From Candidatus Multivorans sp. (GTDB taxonomy: Bacteria > Acidobacteriota > Thermoanaerobaculia > Multivoradales > Multivoraceae): 64,000 bases of DNA. Below, one piece after another: positions 10,163-20,239 of the stretch. The stretch spans positions 2,112,001-2,176,000 of the forward strand of contig OZ245033.1 in the NCBI GenBank assembly GCA_965224025.1, read 5' to 3'. The first letter of the stretch is position 1. Every line of letters begins with the position of its first letter. Position numbers and translations under genes: made by a program. The notes beneath the pieces are model-generated. The model was not told the DNA's origin and searched no databases. It worked only from the letters and a program-made list of their open reading frames with translations.

Positions 10163-10576
10163 GTGCGTTTTCTCGGCATCGACTTGGGCCAGAAGCGGGT
10201 CGGTGTGGCGACCGGGGATTCCCAGGTGGGGATCGCGGTGCCGCACTCGACGCTGCGGCGCACCAGCGACCGGCAGTTGATCGCGGCACTCAAGGCGTTG
10301 GCCGTCGAGTCGGGCGCGGATGTGCTGGTGGTTGGCGAACCCCGGCGTCTGGACGGTTCCGTCGGCCCGGCGGCGGAGCGGGCGCGTGTCTTCGCGCGCA
10401 AGCTGGGGAAGGCATGCGAACTGCCGGTGCGGACGGTGAACGAGGCGCTGACTTCGGTCGAGGCGGAGCGCCGGCTCCGAGCGGCCGGAGTCGACCTACG
10501 CAAGCATCCGGAACGGGTCGATGCCGCGGCCGCCCAGATCCTCCTGCAGGAAGCGCTGGACCGGGAGGCCGGATGA
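10163..10576 (+). CDS. ruvX: RuvX/YqgF pre-16S rRNA nuclease
   Basis: FLGIDLGQKRVGVA, VVGEP, NEALTSVEAE, VDAAAAQILLQ; followed by mltG. Confidence 0.9.
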   Translation: MRFLGIDLGQKRVGVATGDSQVGIAVPHSTLRRTSDRQLIAALKALAVESGADVLVVGEPRRLDGSVGPAAERARVFARKLGKACELPVRTVNEALTSVEAERRLRAAGVDLRKHPERVDAAAAQILLQEALDREAG

Positions 10577-11640
10577 CGTCCGGCCCCCCGCGGCGACGCC
10601 GGCGTCTGCTCTTGTGGTCGGTTGCGGCCGCCGTCGCGGCGTTGATCGCGCTGGCCGCGGGCGCGGCCGGCCTGGTCGCATGGGCGGAACGGGAGCTTGA
10701 GCGGCCGCGGGGTTCGGACACCGTGGACGTTGTGATCGAGCGCGGCGCCCCCCTGGCCTCGATCCTCGACCGGTTGTCGGCGGCCGACGTGATCGGCGAT
10801 CCGCTGCTGGCGCGCCTGTACCTCGACTACCGGCGGCCGGGGGAGGCGCTGCAGGCGGGCGAGTACCGCTTCGAGCAACCGATGAGCACGGTCGACGCCC
10901 TCGACCGGGTGATCCGCGGCGAGGTCGTGACCTATCCGGTCACGGTGGTCGAGGGCCTGACCCTTCACGAGACGGCCGAACGGTTGGCGTCCGAGGGTTT
11001 CGGCGACCTCGACGCGTTTGTTGCGGCGATGTCCTCGCCGGCGCTGATCGCGGACCTCGACCCGGCCGCGGAGTCGCTCGAGGGCTACCTCTTCCCCGAC
11101 ACCTACGCCTTTCCCGCCGGCGTTGATGAACGGGAGATCGTCGAAGCGATGGTTCGCAATTTCCGCCGGCGGGTAGAGGAGCATCTCGGCGCGGCGTCTC
11201 AGAACGACCTCGACATCCGTTCCCTGGTCACCCTGGCGAGCATTGTCGAGAAGGAGGCGGGCGCTACCTCCGAGCGGCCCCTGGTGGCCGCCGTGTTCCA
11301 CAACCGCCTCGCCCGCGGCATCGGCCTCTACGCCGACCCGACGATCATCTACGCCCTGAAGATGGCCGGCGCCTGGGACGGCAACCTGCGCCGTGACGAC
11401 CTCGAACTCGATTCGCCCTACAACACGTACGTCCACCCCGGCCTGCCGCCGGGTCCGATCTGCTCCCCGGGCGAACACAGCCTGCGCGCCGCGGCTCTGC
11501 CCGCCGACGTCCCCTACCTCTACTTCGTCAGCCGCAACGACGGCACCCACGTCTTCGCCGAGACCCTCGCCGAGCACAACCGGAACGTTGCGAGGTGGCA
11601 GGTCCGCTACTGGCGCGAGCGGCGGGCGGCGGACCGCTAA
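10573..11640 (+). CDS. mltG: Endolytic transglycosylase MltG
   Basis: TM anchor, LQAGEY, EGYLFPDTY, LASIVEKE, ADPT, SPYNTY, GLPPGPI. Confidence 0.95.
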   Translation: MTSGPPRRRRRLLLWSVAAAVAALIALAAGAAGLVAWAERELERPRGSDTVDVVIERGAPLASILDRLSAADVIGDPLLARLYLDYRRPGEALQAGEYRFEQPMSTVDALDRVIRGEVVTYPVTVVEGLTLHETAERLASEGFGDLDAFVAAMSSPALIADLDPAAESLEGYLFPDTYAFPAGVDEREIVEAMVRNFRRRVEEHLGAASQNDLDIRSLVTLASIVEKEAGATSERPLVAAVFHNRLARGIGLYADPTIIYALKMAGAWDGNLRRDDLELDSPYNTYVHPGLPPGPICSPGEHSLRAAALPADVPYLYFVSRNDGTHVFAETLAEHNRNVARWQVRYWRERRAADR

Positions 11641-11704
11641 CGGCTGCGTGCTCCGCCACTGGGTGCGCCGCCACTGGGGTGTTTCGCCACTGGATGCGCC
11701 GGCC

Positions 11705-11774
11705 TGCCATCCGTGCGCCCGATGACGGGCGCACGGACTGGTTCACGGGTGGCGCGGATCGCGCCACCCGGGTT
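11705..11774 (+). repeat. ~69-bp double-hairpin element, copy 1, inside a REP-like palindrome
   Basis: Near-identical to the reverse complement of 48439-48508 and 63565-63635. Confidence 0.9.
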
Positions 11775-12019
11775 CTGGCCGGCATCCGACGAAAGCCCGC
11801 CTGACTGCTTCGGTAGGGAACCTATCCATGCCGGGCGGCGTCTCAGCCAGCTCTCGAACGGAGCGCCACCATGTCGATGTCGAGCCCGAGTCGGTGTATC
11901 TCAACCAGTGAGGAATCCGGGTGTCGATCAAGGCCGTGCCCGGCGCCTGTCGCGCGCCGTTCGTCGAACACGACGAGGGTGCAAGCCGCCCTGGATGGCC
12001 CGCCGGCTGGCGGAAGCAG

Positions 12020-12229
12020 TCACTCCTTGGTGTCGTCAGGCGCTGTGTGCGCTTCCTGCCTCTCGGGCTCGATACGCTTTGCGGGATAGCTCACGTAGAT
12101 GCGCCCCGAGGTTCGCTGGACCTCCCTCAGGTGCTTGAAGAGACCTTCGACCGTGCCCCCGTGCTTCGCGAATAGGCTTGCCCGCACGGCCCGGACCTCT
12201 TCCACGATGGGGTCCTTGTAGGAAGTCAT
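12020..12229 (-). CDS. Small protein, putative antitoxin partner of the PIN toxin
   Basis: MTSYKDPIVEEVRAVR; ATGA coupling to the PIN gene. Confidence 0.6.
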   Translation of the reverse strand: MTSYKDPIVEEVRAVRASLFAKHGGTVEGLFKHLREVQRTSGRIYVSYPAKRIEPERQEAHTAPDDTKE

Positions 12230-12723
12230 TCCTCGATCTCCAGGAGTTGTTCGGGTGTGCAGATCGCCGTTAGGCGGTAGCCCGCGCCGCGGCAGGCCCG
12301 CTCGATCGCGGCGCGGACAGGCGCGTTCGCCATGTGGCGCAGATTCCATGTTACCAAGAAGTCAACGCCGTTGGTCACCGCCGTCGCGACATGCGCGGCG
12401 TCGCCGCCGGCTGCACGTGGTAGGGCGCCTGAGGCAAGGAGTTCTTCGGCCAGCGCCTCGGATTCCGGCGTCGCGTTGATGATCTCCACGCCTTCAAGCG
12501 CCGCCAGACGGGCACGCGCCGCGGATGGATTGCCACCGCCAGCCTCCTCAATCACCAGGTCCGAAGCAACGAGATCGAACCGGCTGCCGGCAGACAGCCA
12601 CCACTCTCGCGTGATCTGCTGGTGCGCCGCCGTCACGATGTCGCGCGACGGCTTCGCGGTCAGATAGCTGACGACCGTCGTGTCGACGTAGACCCTGGGC
12701 TTCACGATGGAGTGTGGAGGCAT
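12226..12723 (-). CDS. PIN-domain (VapC-like) ribonuclease
   Basis: VYVDTTVVS, SDLVIEE, DAAHVA, LVTWNLRH, ICTPEQL. Confidence 0.85.
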   Translation of the reverse strand: MPPHSIVKPRVYVDTTVVSYLTAKPSRDIVTAAHQQITREWWLSAGSRFDLVASDLVIEEAGGGNPSAARARLAALEGVEIINATPESEALAEELLASGALPRAAGGDAAHVATAVTNGVDFLVTWNLRHMANAPVRAAIERACRGAGYRLTAICTPEQLLEIEE

Positions 12724-12760
12724 ATGGAGTGTGGAGCCATCGCGCCCGCTTACTCGATGA

Positions 12761-13271
12761 CTACGCGGACCCGGTTTGCATCAGATGGGACTTGCCGCTG
12801 CCGCAGTTGCCGACGATGAGCAGGCCCTTGTGTTTGGCCGGCTGTTCGATCTGGAGTTGAGGGAACACGAGCCCGGTCAGTTGCTCCGCCATGCGCTCGG
12901 AGATCACGAACGTCTCCACGAGGTGTCTTGCGTCGTCGGCCTTGTCGGCCTTCCGGAGCTGGATGACCGACTCGATGGGCTCGAATTCGGTGTTGTCGGG
13001 AAGCAGGACATCGCCGCCGCGGACGTCGACCAGTCGTGCAGGAGAACCTGGGGGCGTTCACTGGTCGTCTGCTCGGCGGAAGCCCCAGCAGTCGCTCCGA
13101 GAGGGAGAGGCTGACGTTGATGAGCGGCCAGTCATGCCCGTCGGCCAGCGACCGCAGCGCTTGGGTCTTCCCGCTACGTGAAGGTCCAACCACGAGCACG
13201 AGCCGATGATAGAGGCTGCCGAGCGATGGGATGCTTGCTGCGATGTGGTGGGGCAGAGGGTCCATGGTCAC
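12761..13271 (-). pseudogene. brxF: BREX type 3 remnant: brxF 5' part joined to 5' part of the DUF6079 (BrxC-like) ATPase gene
   Basis: SLYHRLVLVVGPSRSGKT...INVSLSLSERLL; another frame reads [14 protein letters not shown]...[10 protein letters not shown]...[16 protein letters not shown] then stop. Confidence 0.75.
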
Positions 13272-15960
13272 GCGTCGAACGCTATTCCCGGCGACTGTAG
13301 CCGGTTCGCCACCTCATCGTTCCGATCCCAGCGCTTCGCCTCGTCCTCGTATGATCGGGCTATCCCCTCGAGGATGCGGCGCACGCGCGGATACTCGATC
13401 ATGTCGGCCGCTAGCTCTCGATACGTCGTCGCCATGGCCCGCTCCTGTTCGCCGCCTGGCGCGGACCTCACGGTTACTCCGCGGGCGTTGTAAGCGCCTA
13501 TACCGAACCCCCTGTCCACAGTGTCCGAGGCGACCCACTCGATGACTTCGGCCACCTCGTTACTCGGGCGGGCGACGCCGTCCTTGGTGGAGCCGCTTGG
13601 CTGGGGTTCGCCTTCGTGCTTGACGATCGCCCGAAGAAGACGAAGGATTCGCTGTGTCCCGATATCCGGCACCCTGTGCCTCACCGCGCTGAAAGCGACC
13701 GCCGGTCTCTCGGCCTCGATCAGCCTGTCGATCAACGCTCTTAGCTCGTCGGGGCTGTCCGCGTGGCGGCTTGGCTCCACTTGCTGCCAGTAGGACTTGC
13801 CGAGTTGCTCGTCCTCCCCGTCGAGCAGACGCCACGTCTCGCTCCGAAACGGCATAGCGAGAAGCAGTTCCAGCCGCGTCGAGTCGTCACCGGCGTCTCG
13901 CTGACGCTGAACAAGCTCTTTGCACGTTCCGGGATCAGCGGTCGACAGAAGTCCTGTCAAGCACTCCAGGTAGGGCTTGCCGGTCGTGTCTCGGTCTGCC
14001 AGCAGATGGCCAGAGAGGTCTTCGACGTCCGTGACGTCGAGAAAGGAGCCGAGGAGGTAACCGACCCGATGTGGAGCCTCACAAGTGGCCGCGAGACGAA
14101 GCAGCCCGGCCAACCCTTGGTCGTTGAGGATCTCGCGCAGACCGGCGATGCGGAGGCTTCGGATGCGGCTGTCCAGATCGCTGTAGTCGAGATCTCCGGT
14201 GGTCTGCCCGATTTCGGGCTCCCTTGAAGCGAACAGCCAGCGGTTGCGGGCCACGACGTCAGTCGGAATCAGTCGCTTGAGAGCGCCTCGCGAGCGCTCG
14301 TCGTCGAGCGCCGGGTAGTGCTTGCGTATCCGGTCTTGCAGGAAGACCTTTGCATCATCCGACGCATTCACGGTCCAATCGTCGATCAGGTCCCAGATCC
14401 TCGTCTGGGCACTTGCTGGGAACGCCTCAAAGTGGTCCACCAGGTCGCCCAGCGTCTTCTCGTCCTGCGGCGTCCAGTTCAGAAGCACCTCGCGGGCGGT
14501 GGTGACGGCCACAGAGACGTCGCGCCGGAGCGCTGCCTCCCCTGCTGAGGACTTGTCGCCTCGCCATTTCGGCGCAGGATTCGGCACCAACCAATCGTGG
14601 CGGCTCGGCAGCAGCCCAAGGTAAATTCGCCAGCTCACGCAGGGCCACTTCTTGGCGATGTGCTTGATGGTCCCGAGCCGTTCGTCAAGCGGCGCCGCCG
14701 TCTGCGGCATCCACGCTCGGAAAAGAGAGAAGAGGGAACGAATGGGAGTGTTCATCTGGCGGTCGGAGATTCTCTGCTCGGACAACTGAGCAAGGACGCT
14801 GGCGACCCGGGTGAGCCTGTTCGGAAACCAAGCGAGACGCTCAAGCGCCCACAGCAGGTCGGTTCGGGGGCAGTCCTGCCAGATCCCGTCGCGGCCAATG
14901 GGCTTGAGGAACTTGAAGGCCGCGGAGCGGCCGGGATCTTCCTCCAGCAGATCGAGAACCGTATCGGGCGCCGCTTCCGCGTATCCCGAAAGGTCCGCCC
15001 TGTGGGACAGAAGCGTCTCCAGCGACAGTGGTGCAAGGAGGCTTTGCACAAGCAGATCCACTCTTCGTTCGCTGTCGCCGCCCTGGCGGTTGTCGAACAA
15101 GCGCTCGCCGTACTCGGCCAGGAGGATCAGGGTGTCTCTGACACCGTTCCGAAAAGCCGTTGAGTGCTTCCGCACCTTGTTGTACACCGCGGCCATCCAG
15201 CGGTCCTCGGGGGGTAGATCGAGTGCGGGGTCTCGCTCGGAGAGGACGCGCTCGGCAACGGCGAAGAAGTCGTCGAGGTCCTTCGGTGTCACGGCCGGAG
15301 CAACTGAGAAGAGGGCGTCGATCCGGGAGCACACGCCACGGTACTGGCCGATCGACCAGACGGGTGCATCGTCCAGATTCTGCAGTCGGGCGACTGCCTT
15401 TTCGACATGCTCGTACTCGGTTCCCGCGACGCGGGCGACTGCCTCCCGGTCTGCTTTGCACCCTCCGGTACCCAGGCGGTTGAAGCGGCCGCTTCGACTC
15501 GGCCGTCCCAGCCTTTCCGTTCCGCCTGGTCGTGGCCCGGGAAGTCGACCCGCTTGACTCCCCTTGCAGTCGAGTGAACGAGTCTTCTGAGAAGAACGGG
15601 CAGTTCCTGCCGGGCGCTCAGTTGGTTGGCCCAGCGGTATATCTCGTGCGCCTTGATCGCTGTCACGAAAGGAACTGCCGACGCTTTGGCGGCGGCCGTC
15701 CGATGATGTGCAGGCGTCTTGGAGTCGTCCAGGCGAGCCTGCATCTGCTGGAGGAGCCCGGCGTCAGCGCCGAACTCACGTTCGAGTCCCTGAGCCATCT
15801 TGAGCGAGAGGCTCGACCTGCCGTTCAGGAACCTGGAGAGGGCGGGGCGGCCGATGCCCAACCGCTGGGCGGCTTCGGTGACTGTCAACCCCTCGGGAAG
15901 AACTTCGCGCTGGACGTAGGTTCCAGGGTGTTCAGGCGTTGCTGTGGGTGTCTGAGCCAA
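13268..15960 (-). pseudogene. HigA-type HTH fused to nuclease-like domain and long helical region; internally deleted/frameshifted
   Basis: HPGTYV..LTVTEAAQRLGIGRPALSRFLNG; LPVLLRRLV..RVDFPG..GWDG..WVPEG; frame change ~15460 into the 688-aa ORF. Confidence 0.65.
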
Positions 15961-16125
15961 TTGGGGTGTAGCCTCCAGAGTGAGCGGGCGCGGAGCGTGC
16001 CGTGTTGCGCCGACGCTACAAACGCTACACACTCCTTCTGCCTCGCGTCAGCCGGCACAAAGTGTGCATCCACCCGGCTAAGCTCATGCCCACCCTCGAG
16101 CTCGTCCCCGGTCACGAGCCCGGCG

Positions 16126-16560
16126 ATGACTTCGGTCGCTACGACCTCCATGCACCTGCCGACCCTGAACGCGATCCTGAACGCCACCGCGGCGCTGCTG
16201 CTCGTGACCGGCTACGTCCTGATCAGGCGCGGCAACCGGGAGCGGCACAAGCAGGTCATGCTGTCCGCGCTGGGGTGTTCGGCGGCGTTCCTGGTCTCCT
16301 ATCTCTACTACCACTACCAGGTCGGTTCGGTTCACTTTGAGGGCGAGGGCACCGTGCGGACGGTCTATCTCGGAATCCTCCTGACGCACACGGTGCTGGC
16401 CGCGGCGGTGCCGCCGCTGGCGCTGATCACGGTCTTCCGGGGCCTTCGCGGCAGGTATGACCGGCACAAGAAGATCGCCCGCGTCACGCTGCCGATCTGG
16501 CTCTACGTGTCGGTGACCGGGGTCGTCGTGTACTGGATGCTGTACCGGATGTCGTGGTGA
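16126..16560 (+). CDS. DUF420 membrane protein
   Basis: LPTLNAILNA, HKQVM, FLVSYLYYH, ILLTHTVLA, HKKIARVTLPIWLYVSVTGVVVY. Confidence 0.9.
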   Translation: MTSVATTSMHLPTLNAILNATAALLLVTGYVLIRRGNRERHKQVMLSALGCSAAFLVSYLYYHYQVGSVHFEGEGTVRTVYLGILLTHTVLAAAVPPLALITVFRGLRGRYDRHKKIARVTLPIWLYVSVTGVVVYWMLYRMSW

Positions 16561-16639
16561 AGCCGGGAGGAATCGGGGCGCGGATCCGCCGGCTGCTTCT
16601 GGTTGCCGCCTGCCTCGTCCCGGCAACGGTGGTCGCTCA

Positions 16640-16897
16640 GGACGCGGGTTGGCGGCTCTCCGAGTGGATCGCCTTCTACAACGCCGAGCGCCCGCACTCG
16701 GCGCTCGGCGGCGGCACGCCCGTTGAAGCTTATCGCCAAGGCCGTCAGGACCCGCCCGTGAAGGGCAGGACCGCGGCCCAGGACGATCCGCAAAATCCAC
16801 GTTTTCCACAGCCCCGGCGGCGGCGGGCTGCTTGATCAACCATGGAAGTACACCTTAGCCAGGCCGCCATGCTGTCCAACGAACCGGGACCACCTCA
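16640..16897 (+). mobile_element. IS3-family 3' remnant (integrase tail and right end), truncating a small signal-peptide gene starting ~16557
   Basis: WIAFYNAERPHSALGGGTP; end sequence CTGTCCAACGAACCGGGACCACCTCA finishing in CA. Confidence 0.7.
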
Positions 16898-17243
16898 CTC
16901 CGCCTCCGCAGGAGACGATGGTCTGCAACACGGTATGGAATCCCGAGCTCGGCACTCTTGTTGAGGAATGCACGTACACGTCGCAGTAGTCGTCTGAGCG
17001 GTGTCAGGGCGGTAGAAGGAGACCGATCCCCCTCTAGGTGACGCCGTCCGCGACCGCGAGCTGCTACGCAGGTCGGCAGGCGAAGCGGTTTAGATCGGTA
17101 GCCGTGACCGCGAGTCATGGCCTGTTGGAGGGGTTGGAGGGCAGGAAGGCGGTGAACCGCTCGAGTTTCATTCGGGTTGACACCATGTTCTTGCATGGAA
17201 CAAAGTAGCGAAGCGGCGTTGGTTCAAGAGGATGCAGGGGTTT

Positions 17244-18563
17244 TCATGCGGCTTGTTCAGCGGCGACGAGCTTCAGGTTGAGGCGTCTGGCCTGACGCTG
17301 CAGGTTCCTGATCTGTCGTTCGCGTCGGACGGCCTCCATCTCGGCGAGGTCGCGTTCGACGTACTCTTCGCCGTGGGTGATCATGGCGAAGATCGTGCGG
17401 GCCAGCTTGTGGGCGATGGCCTTGACGGCCTTGGCGGTGTCCATGCGGTGCATTCGGCGTCGGTGCGCTGCGCCGATCGCGGTCTTGCTGTTGCGGGCGG
17501 TGGTTGCGGCCATTCGCAGCGCCTGGCCGACGCGGTTGACGTGTTGTCTGGGCTTGCCCTTGAGGCGTTTGTCGCCGCTGATGTTGGTCGGCGGGGCCAG
17601 ACACAGCCATGAGCAGAAGTTGCCCTGCGAGGGAAACCGGGACAGGTCCGGGCCGATCTCGGCGGCGAACGTCAGCGCGGTTTCGACGCCAATCGTCGGG
17701 ATGGCGACCAGGTCGACTCCGAGCATGCGGTGCAGCCGCTCGCGCAGGGCGTGCTCGCGGCGCTTCGAGTCCGGCGGCGAAGCCTCGCCGTCGCCGTCGT
17801 CAGCCAGCTCGTCGAGTTCGGCGTCGATGCGCTCCTCGCAGTTCTCGATCTGGCCCTGCAGCATGTCGTGGCGCGCCAGCGCCTGCCTGAGGGCGAACAG
17901 ATGCTCGTCGCGCCAATTGCCCTCGAGACTCGCTGCGATCACAGCCGCGCTCGCCTTGCACCGGCCGTCGCGGTGGCGGGCCAGCGCCTCGCCGTCCCGC
18001 TCGCCGGCCCCGATCGCGCGCACGATCAGTTGGCCGGTCTTGCCCATGATGTCGCTGAGCACGTTGTCCAACTGCACGTTCATCTGCACGAGCGCCTTCT
18101 GAACGTGCTGCACCGAACGGCTGCGGTCGCGGATCAACTGCCCGCGCTGACGCGTATAGGAACGCAGCGGGCACAGCGCGTCCGGCGCACGAAACGCGCT
18201 GCGCAGCAACCCGTAGCTCATCAACTGCCGGATCCACTGACAGTCCAGCACGTCGCTCTTGCGACCGCTCACCTGCTTCGTCGCCTTCGGATTCACCAGG
18301 TAGACCTCGAAACCCGCTCGGTCGAGCACCTCGAACACCGGGATCCAGTACACGCCCGTGGACTCCAACGCCACCTGACGCACGCCGCGCGTCTCAAGCC
18401 ACGACGCCGTCGCCTCGAGATCGCGTGTGAACGACCCGAAGCTGTGCACCGGGCGCTCGAAACGCGACGGGTCCACCGCCACGTAGTGCTTGCGCTTGCC
18501 CACGTCGATCCCCGCACAATCCGGGTGAACGACTTCCAGACTCTCCGCCTTCCTGCTCGCCAT
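17244..18563 (-). mobile_element. IS110-family transposase (DEDD recombinase)
   Basis: AGIDVGK, ALESTGVYW, RKSDVLDC, IPTIG, WLCLAP..ISG; AGGAGG RBS. Confidence 0.93.
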
Positions 18564-18595
18564 CTCCAGCACCTCCTGTACGATTCAAATGGGGA

Positions 18596-18778
18596 TTATA
18601 CACTAGACTTGATAGCGGGGTCGGCTTGAACCTGCGGTGGCAAACGCTTCGTGACGGCTTCGGGTGCGTTTGGACGGTAGCGTAGAAGCGCAAGCGTGAC
18701 CTGCGCGGGCGTAGCGTCGCCGTACTCGGCTTTGTACACCTTCTTGTGTTCCGTGTGGCGCTTCGGCTTCTTGGGCAA
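18596..18778 (-). CDS. Small basic hypothetical protein inside the IS1595 end
   Basis: GGGAGGAAG before TTG start; stop codon lies in the terminal IR. Confidence 0.45.
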   Translation of the reverse strand: MPKKPKRHTEHKKVYKAEYGDATPAQVTLALLRYRPNAPEAVTKRLPPQVQADPAIKSSV

Positions 18779-18791
18779 CGCTTCCTCCCTG

Positions 18792-20239
18792 CTATCCGGT
18801 GAACATGTCGGTCTGAACTGCTTTGCCGGTGTACGGGTCGGCCATCGCGGGTAGGTGAGGACGGACGCCCCTCAGATACTCCTCTGCGGACCAGAACTGG
18901 AGCCGAGGGTAGCGCGTCGCGCCTACGCGGTACTCGCCCATCGCCTTGGCAGCCGCGCGGGCACTGGACGTTGTGACGCGCTTCAAGGTGACGAAGATGC
19001 CCGCCGTGGCGTTCTCGCGGCCCATCGTGCCCTCGAAGTCCCGCAGCGCCGATGCGGTGTACCCCCCCCTTCACCTGAGCGAGCACCAAGCCTGTTTCAT
19101 CGTCCGGCACGGTGAACATCCTGCCGCGCCCGTCGATGCCGCCGTCGCCTACCTGGACCTCGTTCGCCGCCAGCCCGTCCACCGACGTAACGATCCACGC
19201 CTCGAAGTCGAACGGGTTGTTGCGTAGCAGGAGCCGTGCGCCTTCAACATCTGTCGGGATACCGAAGATCTGGATACTCGCATCCTTGAGCCTGCGGTCA
19301 CGCACAAGGCGAGTGGCGAACGGTGAAAGGTCGATGCCGACCCACTGCCGTTGCAGTCGATTCGCCGCGTCTATCGTCGTGCCACAACCGCAGAACGGGT
19401 CAAGCACCAAGTCACCTTCCCTAGAAGACGCCTTGATGATGCGATCCAACAGCGCACGGGGCTTCTGTGTTGGATAGCCTAATCTCTCCCTCGATGCTGG
19501 TTGCAAACAGGGTATCCGCCACACATTGTCAATGGTTCTATGTGTCTTGGTCTGGTACATCAGCCGACCGTCTTCGTCTCGCTTGTTGACCATGCGGCCG
19601 TTGACTTTGGCTCGTACAAGCTGCTTGACGGGCTTTTCGCGGCGTTCTTGAAGTTGTTCAAACGAAAAACCGGAGTCCACATCCTTGACATAGAAGAAGA
19701 TTGTGTCCGTGGCGGCAGCAAACAGCTTCTTCCGGCTGTCGTGCATCTTGTTGTAGTTAGTACCAGTGGAGTTCGCTTCGGCGATTGTTCGCTCCGAAGA
19801 TCGCGTCCATGAGCATCTTCAGGTACGCGCCCGCCGTGTGGTCACAGTGCAGGTAGATGGAGCCGGTCGGCTTGAGCAGGCGCTTGCACTCCGCGAGCCG
19901 CTCGGCCATGTAGGTGAGGTACGCGAGCATCCCCGATGGACCTAGCGCCATGTGCAGGCCGACTACCGCCTTGTGCGCGGGATGCGCGACTGCACGGCTG
20001 AAACGGTCGTACCGCTCGGCCGCCGAGTCGTTCCATGTCCATGTGTCGGTGAACGCCCGAACTTGGGCCGGCACGCCGTTCTCGGTGCCGAACAACTGGT
20101 TGTAGTCCGCCTTCGAGTTGAACGGCGGATCGAGGTAGATCAGATCCACCGACTCGGCTGGCCAACCGCCCATGACTTCGAGGCAGTCGCCGTAGTAGAG
20201 GCTGTTTGGAACCAGACTGAACGAACCGAGGATGGTCAT
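18792..20239 (-). pseudogene. Amino-DNA methyltransferase fused to Mrr-like restriction endonuclease domain; two frameshifts
   Basis: LIYLDPPFNS, GYPTQKP, LDPFCGCGTT, GIDLS; then FEAW..GDGGIDG..LAQVKGG..GIFVTL; shifts at ~19757 and the G8 run 19062-19069. Confidence 0.85.

Noticed and set aside
16898-17243. IS1111-type downstream guide RNA
   Set aside because: I could not identify sub-terminal inverted repeats or a convincing structure by eye; left as a test in the IS110 finding
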